Positions 62,112-64,000 of a stretch of 64,000 nt of DNA are shown here, piece by piece. The notes under the pieces were generated by a model that saw only the letters and a list, made by a program, of their open reading frames with translations, was not told the DNA's origin and made no database searches. Position 1 is the first letter of the stretch; the number at the start of each line of letters is the position of its first letter. Made by a program: the position numbers and the translations under genes. Source of the stretch: Malacoraja senta. Taxonomy: Eukaryota. The stretch lies in the NCBI GenBank assembly GCA_038087875.1, contig CM075994.1, positions 6,078,001-6,142,000 of the forward strand, read 5' to 3'.

Positions 62112-62854
62112 GCAAACGGCTGCAAGTTGAACTGTCCAAGAGTCGGCTGCGGATGCAACCTGGGATGGGCGAAAAAAACGGCTGTTTCCGGTGTGGTAAA
62201 GAAGGCCACTGGTCTAAAGAGTGTCCCAAAGATCAAGGTGGTCTCGAAAGCAGTTTTGATGGCAACTTCTCACGCGATTACCTAGATCCCTTTTCGATGA
62301 CCGCGCGCCCCATAGCTGGGTATGGAGACCGCCCTCTATACGATGAGCGATACGGGGCCGCCGACTACTACGAGAAGTATCGGGCAGGAGCGTACGGAGC
62401 GGTCGGCGATTCTTATGAAAGAACGGCGCAATATACGGCTCTTGGCACTTCCCTGCGAGATCGTATCTCCGGTGCGGGGAGCCTATACGAGCGGCGGCCA
62501 TTGTCGACTCCCACTACCTATTACGGTCGCGACAGGAGCCCTATACGACGGCAAGCGTCCATGTCTGCTGTGGGCAGTGGATATGGTTTCGAGCGCGGTG
62601 GGCTTTCTCCATCTGCGTATGACCATACGAGTACTGCCGCGAGGGATGCGTACTCTGCAGCCCGGTACTCTGCAGCCCAGTATTCTGCAGCCCAGTACCC
62701 TGCAGCCCATTACTCAGCTGCACAGTACTCTGCTGCGCAGTATTCTGCTGCTCAATACTCAGCTGCCCAGTACTCGGCTGCTCAGTACTCTGCCGCGCAG
62801 TCCTCTGCTGCTGCCGCCGCCCAGTACCCTAATGCCCAGTACCCCACATACTAA
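62112..62854 (+). CDS. rbm4: RBM4 coding exon 3 (end of RRM2, CCHC zinc knuckle, low-complexity C-terminus)
   Basis: Acceptor ctccttttaaag|GC completes the Gly codon from exon 2. Reads (G)[38 protein letters not shown] (C-x2-C-x4-H-x4-C), contains the RBM4 motif [11 protein letters not shown], and stops at TAA 62852-62854. The corrected CDS would be 384 aa. Confidence 0.95.
62651..62800 (+). repeat. Coding 15-nt tandem repeat, (Y-S/P-A-A-Q/R/H) x10
   Basis: Ten consecutive 15-nt units such as tactctgcagcccag, tattctgctgctcaa and tactcggctgctcag. Confidence 0.95.
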
Positions 62855-62866
62855 CTTCAGGTGAGG
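62855..62866 (+). other. Splice donor of a 3'-UTR intron, 6 nt after the RBM4 stop codon
   Basis: TAA CTTCAG|GTGAGG (GT at 62861). Candidate acceptors are ttacttcccattgcag at ~63746 and ttcttgtcttgacaag at 64000. Confidence 0.7.
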
Positions 62867-62974
62867 ATCATTTAACTTTGATAATGTCTCTGTACTTTCA
62901 TTAGCTTGTGTTGAAGAGGGTTCAGAGGAGGTTTTCGAGAATGATCCCCGAGGGGGGGGGGGGGGTGTTGTGGG

Positions 62975-63430
62975 GTGGTTGATTGGGTTAATGTACGAGG
63001 AGCATTTGGTTGCTCTGGGCCTGTCCTCGCTGGATTTTAGAGAGATGGGAGTGGGGGATCTCATCGAAACCTGCCGAATAATGAAAGACTCAGATGGAAT
63101 GGATATGGAGAGGATATTTCTACTAGTGGGAGAGTCTAAGACCGGATGGCACTGACTCAGAATAAAAGGACATACCTTTTAGAAAGGAGATGAGGAATTT
63201 ATTTAGCCAGAGGGTGGTGAATCGGTAGAAATCACTGCCAAATGTGATGATGGAGCTCCAGTCTTTAGATATTTGAAAACATAATAACATTAATTAATAA
63301 GAGTGTCAAAGGTTACGGGGAGAAGGCAGGAGAATGGGGTTGAGAAGAAAAGATTGATCAGGTATGATTGAATGGCGGAGTAACCTCAATGGGCCGAATG
63401 GCCTAATTCAGCTCCGATGTCTTATGCACT
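62975..63430 (+). mobile_element. CR1 3' fragment in the rbm4 3'-UTR intron
   Basis: GLMYEEHLVALGLSSLDFR...GDLIETCRIMK...IFLLVGESKT plus the CR1 3' UTR. Confidence 0.82.
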
Positions 63431-64000
63431 TATGAAACGTTAGCCTCCTTTGGTAGTCCATATACATGAGTTATAATGCAATTGGTGCACACAGTCACCA
63501 TACTGCTGTATCACAGACTCTTTGTTTACATATTATGGCACATGCAAAGGCTGCCTCCATTGTGCATGGGCTGTTAAAAAGTCTGTGCGGTTATGGTTTA
63601 GGCTGGCCTGGTGCCTTGGAAGTTTAGAGCCAGTAAGCAAAATGTTGAGAGCTGGTAATTGAGATTCCACATGTCCACAGAAGTGTTGCTGAGCCTTAAT
63701 TTGCTGTAACTGTACGGATTACCACATTATTTACTTCCCATTGCAGGTCTGTGTTTAAAAGCATAGACCTGCTTTGTTATGCGCAGCTCTGGTATTCTCT
63801 CCATGCAGTAATCTTGGCTAATACACTGGGCTGGATTAATCAAACATGGTCACTGCAGCACTGAAGTCTAACAAACTGGATTTGGCTGTTTGGTGCCAAG
63901 TACATTCTGGTGAGAATGTCATCCGTACAGGCATAGTTAGCCCTTTTATTTTGTCCAGTCCCAAATTTGTGCACACATTTTTATTTCTTGTCTTGACAAG

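Noticed and set aside
62322..62864. 180-aa alternative-frame ORF overlapping rbm4 exon 3
   Set aside because: Expected by-product of a GC-rich repetitive exon. Third-position variation shows that selection acts on the YSAAQ frame.

Overview
Eukaryotic, repeat-saturated vertebrate genomic DNA. The repeat complement (CR1, L2, Rex1/Babar, Penelope-like elements, V-SINE/HE1-like SINEs) points to a cartilaginous fish, probably a skate or ray (inference). The only host gene I can recognise is an RBM4/Lark-family gene on the + strand: CpG/CCAAT promoter at ~36.9-37.1 kb, coding exons 37255-37359, 50140-50444 and 62112-62854, and a 3'-UTR intron starting at 62861. It encodes RRM-RRM-CCHC plus an unusual (YSAAQ)10 tail, and exon 2 carries two 1-bp deletions that may be assembly errors. 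Intron 1 contains a decayed antisense endogenous retrovirus and a self-nested DNA transposon. The first 36 kb is mostly nested TEs: two nested Gypsy elements plus a third fragment, LINEs, MITEs, a ~2.1-2.3 kb tandem duplication and a 200-N gap. The most striking recurring structure is a Penelope-derived, often palindromic mini-element carrying a minimal hammerhead-ribozyme-like core (CTGAnGA-stem-GAAAC-GTH), present in more than 15 copies on both strands. Most computed ORFs are TE fragments or spurious. All alignments and identities are by eye.
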